This document shows, piece after piece, positions 1-12,125 of a stretch of 64,000 nt of DNA. The stretch is taken from assembly GCA_028534125.1 (NCBI GenBank), contig CM052816.1, forward strand, positions 93,932,001-93,996,000, written 5' to 3'. Source of the DNA: Lama glama. Lineage: Eukaryota. The position numbers and the translations under genes are program-made. Each line of letters opens with the position of its first letter. The stretch's first letter is position 1. The notes under the pieces are model-generated. The model saw only the letters and a list, made by a program, of their open reading frames with translations, was not told the origin of the DNA and searched no databases.

Positions 1-1071
1 TAATTTCGTTCAAAGTATGTTGTATCTCATAGGTAACATTTGAATGTATGTTACGGACTTGAACACTCAATGTCCACCTTCAACAAGTCTGTGTAGCCAA
101 CTCATAGCAAATATTTATTAATTTACATAATATTTTCTGAGTGTCACGGAACTGCTTTTAGGATGTACTTTGTCAACTATAATTCCTTAAGGACACAGAT
201 TCATAAAACCTCATACATAGTCAATATGCAACTAAACTATTTGAAAAATGTATTTTGGAGTCAAATTGGTTTTTGATTATTTATTTCCTTAAAGATAATA
301 GAGAAGTCCCACAATGTAATCATGTAAAAATGAATAAAAAATGTTGTATGTTCAGTGTACTAATGTATCGTCTTTTTTAAAGTATGATGATTTATGTTCA
401 AATTATATATTGTGGAAATTATCAAATTTTCTGTAAATTTTCAAGAAACCAGACCAACATGGTGTCATTAAAAGACATTTTAATTAGTTTCCTCGCTTCC
501 AAGCTTGCTATCCTGCCTCCCAAACCCTTCTCCAAATGTTACCAGGTTTTCTTTAAAATATAAATCAGGTCATGTTCTTGTTTCCCCCCAGGAAACTCAT
601 TCATGGTTTTCTACTTTACCCGCTCTGTATTCCAAAATATTTCCTGAGCTTCTTTCATTTTCTCTTGACCTTGCTCTTTTCTCCAACTTCATTTTTCCTG
701 TCATTTCCTTTCTCGATCAGGGTCTTTGCCCATTCGGTTTACTCTGTTGGAAATAGCTGGTCCTACTTGCTTACTCCATTTCATTCCTACATACAGCCTA
801 AAGCAGAATTTTCCCAAAGAAGTTGTGCCTCACTTGCTAAACTAAATTAATTCAGCCATCCCATCTTCTCTCATAAGAAATAAGTACCTGATTTTTAAAT
901 ATATTTGCTGACCAAAGGGCTTTCCTTACCAGCATAATCTCCATGTGTGAAGACACTATGAATTTCACATCAATATATCTGGTATCTAGCATAATACATA
1001 CACTTATTACTTGCTTGATACAAAATTTTGAATGGGTGAAAAAGATTTGCTATGGAGAAAAAATAGCAGAT

Positions 1072-1275
1072 AATTTATAATACTTACTATACTGCCAGAA
1101 GTTATTTTAAGCGCTCCACATTTATTAATTCATTTAATTCTTACAACAATGCAGGGCAGTAGGCGCTATTACTGCCTCCATCGTACAGCTGAGGACACTG
1201 AGGCACACATAGGTATTTCACTCGGTTTCGATCACAAGGCTTTTAAGTGGCAAACCTACATTTCAAACCTAGGCT
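1072..1275 (-). mobile_element. MIR SINE
   Basis: Matches the reverse complement of the MIR core: cttactat...aagcgctccacatttattaattcatttaattcttacaacaat...acagctgaggacactgaggcaca. Confidence 0.85.
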
Positions 1276-1711
1276 GCAGTAGTGAATCTAAGATCTGATT
1301 GTTTACCTACTTTGGTAAAACGTTCCTCAACTGTCAGGAGAAGAATCCCAACTGACACACATTTGCCAAGTCTAAAATCATTTACAGCATATTTGAAAAT
1401 AGATAATTTTCTAATTTATGTTTTCTATTAGAAAATCTTTGTTACATGGAAACTTAAGTAACACATTCTAAGGATTATTTAATTAGGATTTCACTTAATT
1501 TTCCCCAGAACGAATATCAACATAACTTACTCATTTAGTAAAACAAAACAAAACAAAACAAAAAAAAAGCCCAAAAATCTGAGAGGGAAACTGGATTTCC
1601 TCAACAAACCGCCAAATTCCCTGAGGAAACTTTAGTAAAGCAGCAAGTTAGACTTATGGAACAAAGAGTAATTAAAGAAGATTTCCTTTTTCTTTCATTT
1701 TTCTTTTCGTT

Positions 1712-1717
<6 letters not shown>

Positions 1718-1743
<26 letters not shown>
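1718..1743. repeat. (TG)n microsatellite
   Basis: Directly visible run of about 13 TG units. Confidence 0.95.
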
Positions 1744-1959
1744 TTGTTTTTGAAGCAAAAGAAATCCCATTTCTTTGTTCCCTATAGGATTCTCTTACCA
1801 TGTCAGGAACCAAGTTTATTTCAGCTTCACTTTGCAGTTTAATAAGCACAGATTCTAGATGTAAGAAATGCAAGAGAAGAGAAATAAAAAGAGGCAACTA
1901 AGAATATACAGATTATTACTTAATTTGGAAAAAGATACAATTTGAATTCTATTAATACA

Positions 1960-2880
1960 GAAGAGATCATGTATGCATGTAGAAATGTGTTCCTCGTAAT
2001 ATAATGAACATCCTCGAATCCATTACCCAACTTTGTTCTAAAACTTCAACTGTGACGTGTATCTACCTAGGTCTCCTTACCTAAGTTTTCTTTGCTGCCT
2101 CTTTGATGAAATTTGAGTTATTATTTCCTCATTTGTTATTTTGTCATTTATGCATGTACGTCATATAAAGGTGTATGCGCACACACACACACACACACAA
2201 GTGCTCACAGTTGTTGTTTAAGTCTGCAAGAATAATATCACAGAGTGTATATGCTTCCATAACTGGCATTTTTTTCCCCACTCGGCATTAGGACTTTTCT
2301 TCCATATTGCTAAGTGTAGGCATATTTTAATTATTTCTATGAGGCACATGATTATTTTGTGGCAGTGTGCTACAATTTACTCATCCCATCAGTGAAGATT
2401 TTCTTTGATCTCCCACCCATGCTTTTAAATATCTTGTGCAGTGACTTTTTCGGTATCTTTTTAGCTCTTTCCTGGGGTCCAGGTACTATAAATTCTCTTG
2501 GGTTTATGCATGTGTGTAAATGTATTGAATCATAGTGTGCATGAACTTTGGTCTTCACAATATACTGCTAAACCATTTCACAAAATGTATTGCATTGTTT
2601 TAAGCTCCTATCCATAATGTACAAGTCATCTTACTGACTCAGAGTCTCTCCAATATATTTTATTGTCACATTTATTCATGTTTATCAATTGAACCGGTGT
2701 GGTTTTTACTGGGATTACCCTGTAAACGAATTTGAGCAACTTTCTTAATATTTTTGCCACATGTATTTCCTCTTTTATAAAATACCTTTTCATGCCATAT
2801 GCCCATTTTTTTTCCTACTGGATAACTATCCTTTTATTCTTGATTTATAAGACTGCATTATATTTCTAATGCTGTTGTTT
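1960..2880 (-). mobile_element. Old L1 (L1ME-like) 3' region, degenerate; contains (CA)n at about 2180-2198
   Basis: T-rich strand with antisense L1 motifs such as ctttttcatgccatatgcccatttttt and gagcaactttct. Confidence 0.6.
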
Positions 2881-2900
2881 AATTCTTTTCTGTATTTCAA

Positions 2901-3322
2901 TTATTTTTTTTCTTTGATTTTTGTATTGAAGTATAGTTGATTTATAACAGTATATTAGTTTCAACTATAGAACATGCTTATTCAATATTACTATAAATTA
3001 TACTCCAATTAAAGTTATTATAAAATACTGGCTATATTCCTTGTACTGTACAATACATCAGGTTACCTTGTTTATTTTATACATAATAGTTTGTATCTTT
3101 TAACTCCCTACCCCTATCTCTCTCCCAACTAGTAATGACTAGTTTGTTCTCTATATCTGTAATTCTGTTTCTGTTTTGTTACATTAAATTTGTTTATTTT
3201 ATAGATTCCAAAAATAAGTGAAACATACAGTATTTGGCTTTTTCTCTCTCTGACTAATTTCACTCAGCATAATACCCTCCAGGTCTATCCGTGTTGTTGC
3301 AAATGGAAAATTTTCACTTTCT
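2901..3322 (-). mobile_element. L1 3' UTR and ORF2 end
   Basis: T-rich tail, then tattgaagtatagttgatttataac...ttcactcagcataataccctccaggtctatccgtgttgttgcaaatgg, a typical antisense L1 3' end. Confidence 0.9.
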
Positions 3323-3337
3323 ATCAAAATTCTCTCA

Positions 3338-3533
3338 AAATGCAATCTCTATCAAACTTCCTAGGCATTTTTCACAGAAATAGAAAGAACAAACCTAAAA
3401 TTTTTATGGAACCACAAAAGATCCCAAATAGCCAAAGCAAACTTGAGAAAGAACAAAGCTAAAGGCATCACACTTTTTGATTTCAAACTACTCTACAATG
3501 TTATTTTAATTAAAACAGTGTGGTATTGGTATA
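3338..3533 (+). mobile_element. L1 ORF2 fragment, inverted relative to the adjacent 3' end
   Basis: Degenerate translation matches L1 ORF2 (IKLP..FFTEIE..LKF.WN.KR..IAK....KNKA.GITL.DFKL......KTVWYWY). Confidence 0.9.
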
Positions 3534-3639
3534 GTATATTGTGTACTTTATATATCATGGATGCATTATAATATTACATATCTCTCTGCAGTTTTGGTTA
3601 TCATACCTCTGTGCCCTCAACTAGTACCAGGACTTTAGT

Positions 3640-3790
3640 AGCATATATTCCTTTAAGACCCAGGCTGTCAATCTCCAGCCCTGACGTCTCTTCTGAAGTC
3701 CAGGCACATGTGTCAGAATCCCTATCTGACATCTCCACCTACATATCTGGTTGGCATCTCACCCTGAACAATTCAAACTAGAACAATTGG
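3640..3790 (+). mobile_element. L2 fragment
   Basis: atctccagccctgacgtctcttctgaagtccag...gacatctccacc...ggcatctca resembles the L2 consensus. Confidence 0.7.
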
Positions 3791-4504
3791 CTGAACTTTT
3801 TCACCTCCACAGAAAACAGTTTCTCTCCCAGTGGTATAGAAAGAAGTAGGTGGAATTAAATATATTTTTGCAATTGAGCTGATTGGACGACCTGGAGGAT
3901 GTCATATTATGGGGGTGCCATATTTGTTATCATGTCAGTCTCCCAAATTATTCCCCTTTCCCTAAGTTCATCTCTGTAATGGACAGACTTGCCTTGTTCA
4001 AGAACAGATCTCGTTGGGTTGTTTCTTTTTTCGCTGCTGTATGCAGGAAATTGGTCATACCCCTGTTCCTTCTTTTTTTCCAACTACTAATTATTTTGTT
4101 CCCAAAGGAATTCTAACTTATAGAGAACTTTCCAGTTACTTTCTACTCTCCTGTCTCAGCTTTGTCTGTTAATATATGTACAGCAATAGGCAAAAGATAA
4201 TCACAAATGAAACTGTGCTACTGAAAACCAAGATTTTATTTTTCTTTGCTTTTTTTCTCAAACTTAAGTAGACCTAGATGTGTTGTGCACGGATGTGTTT
4301 GTGTGTGTGTCTATGTGCTTCTTGTGTGTTTAATGTCTCTATACCTGAATCACTTCCTGTGTGTTTCCATCAGATTTAAATCCTTGTCTTAGGAATTAGC
4401 TGCATCCTTTTCCATGTTAGTTGGGTATTAAGCCGATGTACTCCGGTTGGGCCAAAAGTAGATATTATTGCTACCCCTGCTAATACCTTATGGAATTCTC
4501 AGTT

Positions 4505-4650
4505 CTAGTTCTACATTTGTCCAATAGAACTGTCTGCATTGATGAAAATGCACTATACTTGAACTGTCCATGGCAGTAGGCACAGGTGAATATGGACCAC
4601 TTTAATTTAAAGTCACATGAGGATTAGTGGCCACTTTATTTGTCAGAGCC
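4505..4650. mobile_element. MER3 (hAT-Charlie), internally deleted
   Basis: tgtccaatagaactgtctgcattgatgaaaatg at the start and cacatgaggattagtggccact at the end. Confidence 0.75.
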
Positions 4651-7619
4651 ATTATAAAATACGGTTATTTACCAGATGTTAATGTTGGAGACACTCATAG
4701 TTTATGGTGGAATTATTCAACTTCTGGACTACTTTATTACCTACAACTAATCTAACTGGTGACAGAGTTTATAATACGAGGATCCAGTCTACTCTATACC
4801 ATTATCATATCCACAACAATAAGTATATTTATTTACACATGGTGGACACTCTAATTTTATTTATTAAATGAATAAACAATTGCATTGTCTACTGTGGTCC
4901 TTTCTTGTTTCAGAACTCATAGCCCTTTTGAACTCAACTCTTTTGCACACCAAAGGGATTATACTTACATCCTGAAATCAGGAGTACATAAAGCTAATTC
5001 AAACATCCCATTCTTCATTATTCTACTCACGAATTATTAACATTTTGACCCTGTTGCTTAGAAGTGTTACAGTCTCCAGAACTGTACTATTGCAATTTTA
5101 TAAAGGAAATATTTTTACAAATACAAAAACTTCCAGTATTTTATGAAGTACAGTTAGAGAACCACTTCCTGATGACCCATTATTTTGCTTTAATGTTTTA
5201 CTATTTTAGGAGTTAGCCTTAGTATAGTAGGGTAAATAAAAAAGGGCTACCTCGTGATACATGATCATAGGCAATGGGAAATGGATACTTCACATTATGT
5301 ATCAGAGATTTGTTTGGAATATTTTAATTGCTATTTCTCTACTGTTTTACTTCATAGAGAATATTGATAGAAAAATATGTCCTTATTACCTGGAGAAAGA
5401 TTGATTCATTTCCTAATTCTAAAAAGAGCAAAGCACTTTTGATTTTAATTGAAACTGGATGATCAATATATTTTGTTTCAGGATCCTCCCAGAAAAATGA
5501 AAAAAATCTGGAAATCTCACATCAAAAGTTTCTTTTCATTCTGAAGCTGATCAGATTTGATTATAGATTTATAAATTGCTTGCTATGATTTTTAGACCAT
5601 TTAGAAAAGCTTCAACAAGTATGTGAAGAAAGATATAAAGGGAAATCATCATCAATTCCACATAATTTATTCAACAATTATTGAGTACCTGCTGCATGCT
5701 TAGTGTCAAATAGGGCTACATATGTTGAAGAATAAATAATAATATTTTTTGAACTTTTGTAAATCTTTCCCCCAAGAAAATTTCCTTTACTCATTTTGTT
5801 GCATTTTGGAGGTTGAGCAAATAATTAAACATGAAATAGAAACACTTTCTTCCAGATCTGAAAAACTAATTTGCAGCAAATACAGCTTGTTTATCAAATG
5901 TGGTTGATGATCTTAATGAGGCTTGTTTTCAAATAAAGGTTTCTTCTGTTCATTTTATAGTCATAATACTGTTAAACCTGGGGATTTAAAGGTCACCATC
6001 GAATCAAAATATTAGTGGTTCTGTTGTATCCTTGGACACATTCTCTAAAATAATTTCTTTTCCATCCGTGTATAGAGGAAAATAGAGTGTGTTGTTTTTG
6101 TAAAAATGTTATAAAACAACCAAAGCTTATTGCTTTGTGAATGTTAACATGGTAATTTTTGAGTTGTAGTCTTTTAGTGGCTATATTACCTATGTGGTAA
6201 TAAAAGATTATTCAGATATATCAAATATGTGTCATAAAAATAACTCATTGTGTCTTGCATCAAGCTATTGAATTAAATATCTAAAAACTTGTAGGAATAA
6301 CATATCCTTGAATTTCCCTAGAATTAGTATAAGGAGGAAAGTATGAAAGAAAATATAAGTGGAAATATTAAATTAAAAAAGCATCAGGTAACAAGAAATT
6401 TTTAAAAATCTTTTAAACTATTTTAGCATAATTGAGTTAAAAGTTGATTTAATGTCTTCTTTAATTCAACATTTTCCTGTCTTAAGAAGTTTCAGAAATG
6501 CAAAGTACCTAATCACTGTGGGTTGACCTATGTGTGTGACAGGGCCAATTAGTATGGTCAATGCCAGCTTTTAACAAAGACCAAAGGAACTACTGCAGCA
6601 ATTAAATTACTCTAAGAACCCAGATAACTCTTTGCTGTAAAATGTTTCTTAAATTAATTATATAAATACATGTTTAATAATCAACTCACTGTGAACTCTA
6701 ACATTAACTAGCCTTGAATATGTAAGACCTTGTCCAGCACAGGCATCACGTCTTTAGCACAGACATTTTATGTTCTATTTGAGGATGAGAATCAAACATA
6801 GAGCCCTAATCCACAAAATAGATCAATCAAACTATCTGGGTGAGGCTTTCCTTTAGGACCACCAGATACACGCAGAACCTATGTTTGTCGTTAATCGTCT
6901 TGGCAATACCATCTGGTGTCCATGTTCAGGATGTTGGTGAACACTTCTGGCTGCCGTTAGGTTGGCACATCCAGATGCGCCCATTTTCATAAATCACATG
7001 AAATTACCTTTCCAGGTATAGAACCAGTAAAATTTCCCTACATACAGTGATGATTCAGAATTAAATACCTTATTCATAGAGTAAGATTATAGTATCCTAA
7101 ATTATTTAATATATAACTCCACTGATTTCTGATAAGGGGAATTCTATGGCATAATCATAGTCTATTTTAATTAGCATGAGATAGAGAAAATAAGAGCTTA
7201 ATAAGAATGAGTTTATGGCAAGGGACATAATAATGCTCTTAATGCTTCAAGAAAATTTTAATTTTTTTTCCATTTTTTATGTCTAGTTTAAAACAGTTGA
7301 CTGTGGATTTCTTACCGGTACAACTGGGATTAAGTGGTAAACCTCGGGAAAGGCAACTGGACCCAGAAGGATAAAGGATTATTATCAGTTAGACTTGTGA
7401 CTGGTATTCATTCCTGGATCAACGTATGTGAAGAAAACATGGTATGTTGAATATTTCAAGTCTGTTAAGGATCCCCAGTTGGAGCAGGAGATGGAGATGG
7501 GGCAGGGAGAACAAGGAGCAATTTTCAGAAGAACAAAAGGGCAGCTTCTAGAACACAGGAAATCTTGGCAAGGAACAAAAAATGTTTCCATCAAAAAAGA
7601 TACTTAAAATTTTGGCTTA

Positions 7620-7842
7620 CACCACTGATTCTGAACCAGGGGCAGTTTAGCAAAGTCTATGTCACTTTGTTTGTCACAGCTGGTAGCAGGAGAGAGTGTT
7701 GATAGTGCCACCTCATAGGTAGAGAGCAGGGACACTCTTAAATGTCATACAGTGCACAGGACAACCATTCCTGCCCCTTTCCAAACAGGGAATCCTCCAA
7801 CCCGAAATGCTAATAGCGCTGAGCTTGAACAACTCTGGTCTA
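7620..7842. mobile_element. MER20 (hAT-Charlie)
   Basis: ccaggggcagtttagcaaagtct...tgtcacagctgg...cagtgcacaggacaacc...aaatgctaatagcgctgagcttgaacaactctg. Confidence 0.8.
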
Positions 7843-8399
7843 GATTAATATTCCTAGAATTAATGTCCCTGGTCCCTTCATCTTTTGCTTATACGACATG
7901 ATTTCCCACCCTTAATCACACTGATTATCACCTCCTAGTAGCTTTTAATCTTTCAGTGTCCCTTAAAATGCAGTAGAATCTTTTCAGACACACTGATTAT
8001 CCAGAAGCTACTAGCTGACCAAAGGACCCTTAGAAGTAATAATTAGATCAACCAACAAACACAAGAAATAAATACCTTTTTTTCTCCTTTGCATTTCAAT
8101 AACGGTCGCCTAGAAACTTCAAAGTTGAAAAGGTGCTTTTTAAACTACATTCTATTTTACCATGGGAAAATATACTTCCTCTCTTTGTTTGGGGGTTTCC
8201 CTATTTCTAACATCTGCTCCATGATTAGTGCAGTGAACTTGGTTTAAAATCTTCAAGAACTTTTTGATTCTTGCCTCTCATTTTTCTCATACCTATTCAG
8301 TTATCAAAACTACTGATTCTTCCTTAAAATGCACTTTGCGTTATATATCATAACAGAGGCATTTGTTGGTAATAAGTGTGACCAAACCTAAACACAAAA

Positions 8400-8560
8400 T
8401 CCAGGCATTTATCATGTGTCAGAAACCATGCCGAGTGCTTTACAAATAATATTAATCCCAAAAAACACCCTGAAGGGAGGCAGTGACATCACCACATAGC
8501 AAATGAATAAACTGCTTACCCACACATTTAAACAGCATGCCCACACTTGCAGGGATTTAA
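8400..8560 (-). mobile_element. MIR SINE, degenerate
   Basis: atcatgtgtcagaaaccatgccgagtgctttacaaat...aaacaccctgaagggaggcag. Confidence 0.6.
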
Positions 8561-9097
8561 GTGCAGAGTCAACATCTGGCATCATTTCCGTTTGCCGACA
8601 AGGCTGCCCAATTTCTCGCTCACCTGTTGCCATTTTTGTCCCTTTGTTCTGATTCCACTGTCAACCCGTGTAGCCAGGCCTGTCAGTGGCAGTGTCTGGG
8701 GCTGTCACCACTCCTAGGTGCAGAGTCTGGTCTTAACATCTCCCTAATTTTTGACACATTGTAGGTTTGCTCTAACATCCTCAAACTCTAATTGGATCAT
8801 AAATGCTGACTGGCTTCCCGTTTGATAGTTAGAGCCCATCAAAACTTGACAATTGATGAGTTGGTTGGAATGACCTTGAAAAAATTCAGACTTCATCCAA
8901 CAAAATGCAAATCCAATCGTACATTAAGTGGATATCTGTCAGGGTCCAACCAGAGAGTAATCTCACTTGATGATCATTTACAACATCGGTAGTTCCCCCA
9001 GCTTGACAAAGCCGATGAAGGAGTTGGAATGCAAAGAAGACAAAGCAGCAACCCAGACACCAAAAAACAAACAGCAGGAGGGCATCTTTCACACCCA

Positions 9098-9164
9098 GGC
9101 TGGAGGGATGGGTGGAGGACGGATGGAGGGACGGGTGGAGGAGGATGGAGGGACGCGTGGAAGC
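9098..9164. repeat. G-rich minisatellite, 3 copies of about 22 bp (GGATGGAGGGACGGGTGGAGGA)
   Basis: Units visible at 9098-9120, 9121-9142 and 9143-9164. Confidence 0.85.
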
Positions 9165-10624
9165 GGTTAGGGTGGGGCTGCAGTCCCCAGGGCACATCTG
9201 AACTGACGTCACAGACATGAAAGAGCCCAAACTAGAGAAGACAGAGAAATAGTCCCCTTTCTTTTGCCTACCCCTCCAGCTCCCTACCGTTGCCTTCCAG
9301 AATCGGTGCCTTGCTGGCAACGCTGAGCACACAGGGGAAGGTTGAGAACTGGGTGCATTAGGCCCAGGGGGTGCCCAGGTGGGCTGCAGGGTGACCTGCC
9401 AAGAAGGTTCTGCCCTGAGTCCAGGACACTGACTGCAGTAAGGAGCATTTCCTTATGACTCCTCTCTCGAACTTGGTCCCCGCACCTGTAAAATGAGAAT
9501 TATCATATTTCCTTCTAGCTTCTTACATGTCACTTCTGTTTTTTTTTTAAGCTAATATTCTCTTAAACAATTCTAACATTAAATTATAATTTGGAAAAGG
9601 TTAAATCATGATTTTTAAGCAAACATGTTTGTATGTGTGATTATATATATAATATATATGATATATAGATGACAAAATCTTCACAGATAGCAGTTTTATC
9701 CTGAAAGGTTTAATACCCAGGAATGATAGTCATTTCCCTTTGCAGATGTGGTAATAAGAGTATTTTGAAAGTTTGCTTAAGGGGTAAATAATCTGTAATA
9801 GGTAAAAGGTGAAAGAAAGATTTTGCAATGGAAAGATACCTAGTTTCAAATACAGAATTCTGGCCCGAAAATAACAAAAGCCAAAGGCAGGAGCTGAAGA
9901 TAAGGGCAGATCGGGGGCATGCATTAACCTCCAGCGGGAGGTAAGAGGTCATCCCATCTGAATTCCTTATAAAGAGATTTGTAACCATTTTATGTCAGGC
10001 GACTGTTTCAGCATTCTATCCACCCACAGCCACCAAGTCTGCATGAAATTACTATAGTGGGAGCAGCTCATTTTTTCAATCACCTAGGCGTTATGGTTAT
10101 AGCAAAGAATGGTGGAGATTTGGCAAATCGCCGTGAAAAGGAACAGGGGTCTCTTGGGGTGATGCCCTCTTTCAGCAGAAATTCCTCGTCACCCACCGTG
10201 CGTCAGACACTGCAACCAGCCCTGGAGATGAAATGATAACAGACCTGGGCAGTCTCCTCCCTCACAGAGCAGACAGTATTTGGCAGAGAAGTAGATCCAC
10301 AAAGAACAGCCGTGGCTATTAAAAAAACTTAAATGAATGCTGTGATTTCGGATGTGCAGAATTCTATGAAACCTAACCCAGTTTTGGAGATCAAGGGAGG
10401 CTCACCAGGAGCCAAGTAACTAGCAACACGCAGGACACAGGCGTGCATGACAGGCAGTAAAGTAAATAATGACCTTCCAAGTCTGACCAGGCGACTTCGA
10501 TTTTGTCTACCACCTTCTAACTAGATAACCCAGGACCATCATATAAACTTCCCATATCTTAGTTTCTTCAATTATCAGTTGATATCACAATGACGTCTTT
10601 CTTCTAAGACTTTTTTGTGTGGTA

Positions 10625-10903
10625 TTTTTCTTTTCCTACTGAGCATAATTGATATATAAATTATAGTGGTTTCAGGTGTACAAGATGATTTATTATTTGT
10701 ATACATTGCAAAGCGATCACTACAGTAAGTCTAGTTAACATCTGTCATCATACATTGTTACCAAACTTTTTTTTCCTTGTGATGAGGACCTTTCAGATTT
10801 ACTCTTTAAGCAACTTTAATATGTGCCATAAAGTAATTGTAGCTGCAGTCAGCATGGTGCACATTACATCCCCATGACATATTTATTCTATAACTGGAGG
10901 GTT
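10625..10903 (-). mobile_element. L1MA-like 3' end
   Basis: tttcaggtgtacaagatgattt...aagtctagttaacatctgtcatcatac...gtgatgaggacctttcagatttactct. Confidence 0.85.
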
Positions 10904-11384
10904 GTCAAAAGATTTTTTTCCATTGATAATTAATGAGATATATAAAGTAATCAAAATGATACACAACATATCTATAATGGTTTGAGTGTTAAAGTTGTTA
11001 TTTTATTGAAGAAAACACAGATCTATGAATGGCTTTTAACCTGGGAAATGTAGGGAGAATAGTCCAAAAGTCTTTTTAGCAAACCAGCAGGGAGACAATT
11101 ATCCCTTAAGTCACGGAAACATCGGTGGAGTCAGAGGGAAGAGGGAAATTGAAAATTCCTTAGGAGGTGGAATTAGGACAAACTAACAAGGAACGTGGAC
11201 AGAGAGAGAGAAGAGAGGATGACGATACTGGCTGAGTTACAAGTCTCAGCGGAAGTGTGGTCCCAATAACCCATGAGGGGCAACTGGAGGAGCACAGTGT
11301 GGGTGGGGAAAAAAAAATGGAGGAATTGAACTTTTAACACGTTAGCTTTAAAGTACTTCCAAATCATCTATTCACCTGTCATAT

Positions 11385-11478
11385 TCTCTATCTATCTAGC
11401 TATCTATCTATCTGTCATCTATCTATCTGGTCTATCATATCCGCCTGTCCATCTATCCCCATCTCTACCTCTATCCCT
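11385..11478. repeat. Degenerate (CTAT)n tetranucleotide repeat
   Basis: ctatctatctagctatctatctatctgtcatctatctatct. Confidence 0.85.
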
Positions 11479-11939
11479 ATGGCTAACTCAGTCACATTCT
11501 TAGTTGGATCTGTAGATCGGGAGTGATCAGAATAGAGATGGTAATCAGGGCCAGGTTGGAAGATAATCGTTTTCAAGCAGACAGCCCAACAAAAAGGAAC
11601 CAGGTAACGAAACGTCGCATGTTTGCTACAGAGCTCAGTGGCTTGCAAATAACTTCCTGAGAAAACTTCTAGAGAGAAAAGGAAATGGCAAATGAGTATA
11701 TGAATTAATATGGCATTCTGGTAAAGAAATCTGTTTCCTCATGCAATTCAGTATGTATTTTGCATTAGAAAATTTTCAGCCGTGAATTTGATCATATATA
11801 TTTAATACGACTGAAAAAATCAATCAGTATAACTCTTAAACTCAAAATCAATAATAATCATGTCTAAAATGAATGCAATATTGTATATATAGTTATTAGT
11901 ATTATTGTGGGCATTATTACAGTTAACAAAACACTAATT

Positions 11940-12125
11940 CAGGGCCAGTCTTCTAAGGACATTTCAGATAGCAGCTCATTTAATTCTCAAAACAATCCAG
12001 TGAAAGAGACACTGTTACTAACCCTATTTTGCAGATGAGAAAACTGTGGCACAGACAGATCTGATCATTCTCTCCACACTGCTAGTACTGGCAAAGCTTA
12101 TATCTCAACTCAGTAGTCTGGCTGC
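11940..12125 (-). mobile_element. MIR SINE
   Basis: ctcatttaattctcaaaacaatcc...ctattttgcagatgagaaaactgtggcacaga. Confidence 0.85.

Noticed and set aside
8886..9332. 148-aa ORF and overlapping ORFs
   Set aside because: They stay open because of the G-rich minisatellite; low complexity and no recognisable homology.
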